A stretch of DNA of 64,000 nt from Myxococcota bacterium (GTDB lineage: Bacteria > Myxococcota_A > Polyangia > Nannocystales > Nannocystaceae), in contig JBCCHT010000036.1 in NCBI GenBank assembly GCA_039028615.1, positions 1 to 64,000 of the forward strand, in the 5' to 3' direction. This document shows, piece by piece, positions 61,859 through 64,000 of the stretch (the first letter of the stretch is position 1; every line of letters begins with the position of its first letter). The translations under genes were made by a program, and so were the position numbers. A model generated the notes under the pieces. It was not told the DNA's origin and made no database searches. It saw only the letters and a list, made by a program, of their open reading frames with translations.

Positions 61859-63589
61859 CTACTCGAGTACGGGACCCGTTCGCGTCAGACGGATCTCGTA
61901 GGACTTGCCCGCCTCGAACTCGAAAGTGCCACCGTTGACCCAGACCTCGCCGCCGCCGGCCTTCCACACCAGCGTGTGGCGACCCGCCGCGTAGGTGCGT
62001 TTGGCCTTGGGTGCGACGGTGACCGGCCCGTTTTTGCCCACGCGAACCTCGGCGTAGCGCAATGGGCTGCGCAAACCGAAGGCCACCGTCGCCTTGCCCT
62101 TGGGCTTCTTGGACCGGGGTTTGCTGGACGTCTTGGCCGCGGAGCTCGGGCGAGCCTCGTCGGGCGGCGGTGCTTGGGCCGCTCCCGTGCTCGCCTCGCT
62201 GGGCTCCTCGCCCGTGCCGTCGCTGGTGCGTTCACCCGAGGTCGTGCCCGCGTCGGGGTCGATCCCCCCCGACTCTTCCGTCGCGGGGGCGCCCTGCCCC
62301 ACCCCATCCGCGACGGGATCCGGCGCGGCCGCAGCCGCGGCCTTCGAGGGTGGCTCGGCCGCAGGTTCACCCGAGGCGGGCTCGCTGGGCTCGGGGGCAG
62401 GCTCGTCCCCCGTCAGCGCGAACACCCCGACGCCGCCCAGGACGACGCCCGCTCCGGCCATGCCTCCCACCAAGAAAAAGAAGCGCCGACGCGAGGCCGA
62501 GTCGGGGGCCGGTGGCGCTCCCGCGACGGTCTCGGCGTTCACGGGCACCCTCCCCTGCGACGGCACGGCCCCGGAGGTCCGCGTGGGCGTCACCGAAGAC
62601 GCGGATGCCGACGCGGTGTCGGCCATCGCATCGACCTGCACCGCCTCCGACGGCTGGGACCCGGAGCGCTCGATGCCCGAGCGCGGCCCCTGGACCCCCA
62701 TCGCGGCCCGGCACAGCTGCGCCAGCTCGACCGCCATGTTGCGGTAGCCGGCCCATGCCGACAGGTACTCCAGGGCTCGCCCCGCGCTGGGAATGCGCTG
62801 ACGGGTCTCCCCCTGTAACAGCCCCAGGCGTAGCGAGACCAGCTCCGGGGGCAACCCGGGCACCTCGAGCGGCGGAATCTGCCCGCCCAGGATGTGGCCA
62901 TAAAGGTCGACCTCGTCGAGGCCGTGGCGAAACTTGTCGCCCGACAAAAGCTCGTGGAGCACCGCGCCCGCCCCGTACAGGTCCACCGTGGGCTCGCGGC
63001 TATGCCCGGCCAGCTGCTCGGGCGCCATGTAGCGGAGCTTGCCCTTGATGTGCATGCCCGTGGTCTCTTCGCTGGCGAGCCGAGCCACGCCGAAGTCGGC
63101 GATCTTGACCTCGCCCGAGGTGCTGATGAGCACGTTGTGCGGGGACATGTCCCGATGCACCACGCACAGCTGCTGCCCCTCGTGGATCAGATGATGGGCG
63201 TAGGCCAGCCCGCGCAGGACCTCGCCGATGATGTAGCCCGTCATGCGGGGGTCGAGGGGCTGGCCCGAGCGTCGCTGCAGCTCCATCAGCTGAGCGAGGT
63301 TGAGGCCATCGATCCACTCCATCACCAGGAACAGCCGGCCCTCGTCCTCCCCCGCGTCGAAGACCTGCACCACATTGGAGTGGGTCATCAGCATCGACAG
63401 CCGGGCCTCGTCGAGGAACATCCGGCGGTGACGCTCGTCACCCGCCACCCGCGGGGCCATCAGCTTGATCGCGACGGACTTGGTCGCATGCCCCACGCTG
63501 GCGCGGCGGCCCATCCAGACCTCGGCCATGCCACCGCGCCCGATGGGGCGAACGAGCTCGTACTGCCCTACGGTCTGGGTCTGCGACAC
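61859..63589 (-). CDS. Membrane Ser/Thr protein kinase
   Basis: GRGGMA, VAIK, HRDMSPHN, ADFG, YMAPE; TM FFFLVGG..; extracytoplasmic low-complexity region and PEGA-like end. Confidence 0.92.
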   Translation of the reverse strand: MSQTQTVGQYELVRPIGRGGMAEVWMGRRASVGHATKSVAIKLMAPRVAGDERHRRMFLDEARLSMLMTHSNVVQVFDAGEDEGRLFLVMEWIDGLNLAQLMELQRRSGQPLDPRMTGYIIGEVLRGLAYAHHLIHEGQQLCVVHRDMSPHNVLISTSGEVKIADFGVARLASEETTGMHIKGKLRYMAPEQLAGHSREPTVDLYGAGAVLHELLSGDKFRHGLDEVDLYGHILGGQIPPLEVPGLPPELVSLRLGLLQGETRQRIPSAGRALEYLSAWAGYRNMAVELAQLCRAAMGVQGPRSGIERSGSQPSEAVQVDAMADTASASASSVTPTRTSGAVPSQGRVPVNAETVAGAPPAPDSASRRRFFFLVGGMAGAGVVLGGVGVFALTGDEPAPEPSEPASGEPAAEPPSKAAAAAAPDPVADGVGQGAPATEESGGIDPDAGTTSGERTSDGTGEEPSEASTGAAQAPPPDEARPSSAAKTSSKPRSKKPKGKATVAFGLRSPLRYAEVRVGKNGPVTVAPKAKRTYAAGRHTLVWKAGGGEVWVNGGTFEFEAGKSYEIRLTRTGPVLE

Positions 63590-63726
63590 GCTGCGGACGA
63601 GCCTGGCGGCGCGGGCTCTACCCTGTCAAGGACGCGGCCGGCGACCGTGTCTTTCCCAGGTCGAATGCCGTCCGCACGGGCGTGCGTCCGTCGCCGAAAT
63701 GCGACGAAAGCCGCGACACAGCCGGC

Positions 63727-64000
63727 TCACCCGCCCGTCGGGCCGGTCATCGCCTCGAGCTGTCGCCACAGCACCGGATCGTAGCGCTCCGGTCCGTAGT
63801 ACTTGAACGTCTTCTTCTCGTGCTGCCACACCGGCCCTCGGTCCTCGCAGCCGTGGAAGCGATCGGAGCGCGAGCAGTAGATGCGAATGTGGAAGTGGTT
63901 GTCGTGCGGCAGCGAGTCGCCGGGTTGGTTCATCACCCGGTCGGCGTAGGTGATGAGCCACTCCGGTCGCTTCTTGCGACGAGCGTAGCGAAGCAGCCGG
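63727..64000 (-). CDS. mepA: Penicillin-insensitive murein endopeptidase MepA-like (3' part only)
   Basis: RLLRYAR..NQPGDSLPHDNHFHIRIYC (HxxHxHxR motif). Confidence 0.7.
   Translation of the reverse strand, partial: RLLRYARRKKRPEWLITYADRVMNQPGDSLPHDNHFHIRIYCSRSDRFHGCEDRGPVWQHEKKTFKYYGPERYDPVLWRQLEAMTGPTGG

Overview
This is a very GC-rich, densely coding chromosomal window. Gene content (GltJ/AgmX-like protein, several Hanks-type kinases, FHA proteins, Cys-rich lipoproteins, large NAD-GDH, myxobacterial-type MepA) points to a myxobacterium, plausibly Nannocystaceae; this is inferred, not shown directly. From left to right it holds: (1) a VOC protein with a histone-like tail; (2) a ~14.6 kb minus-strand purine/ureide catabolic cluster (SsnA-like amidohydrolase, fused [2Fe-2S]-Mo hydroxylase, two PLP fold-II enzymes, D- and L-carbamoylases, GuaD) with interleaved TPR, DsbA, Rossmann and MBL genes; (3) a plus-strand FHA / kinase / lipoprotein / kinase-pseudocyclase-STAND-TPR / lipoprotein signalling operon; (4) a tandem array of four paralogous, very Cys-rich lipoproteins; (5) housekeeping and envelope genes (hslUV, purN, gdh, comEA, lysC, bfd, recG, RHH-FHA, FadL-like, TPR lipoprotein, tRNA-Cys, ltaE, gltJ-like, purA, hisZ, purD, purH); (6) a MerR-like plus Cys-rich sigma-region-4 pair, a long non-coding stretch, a membrane kinase and partial mepA. 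No CRISPR array, transposase or prophage was seen. The best candidates for novelty are the Cys-rich lipoprotein array, the variant purine-degradation cluster, the degenerate STAND kinase operon and a ~245 bp inverted repeat that carries the stop codons and terminators of two convergent genes. All product calls rest on recognised motifs; no database search was run.
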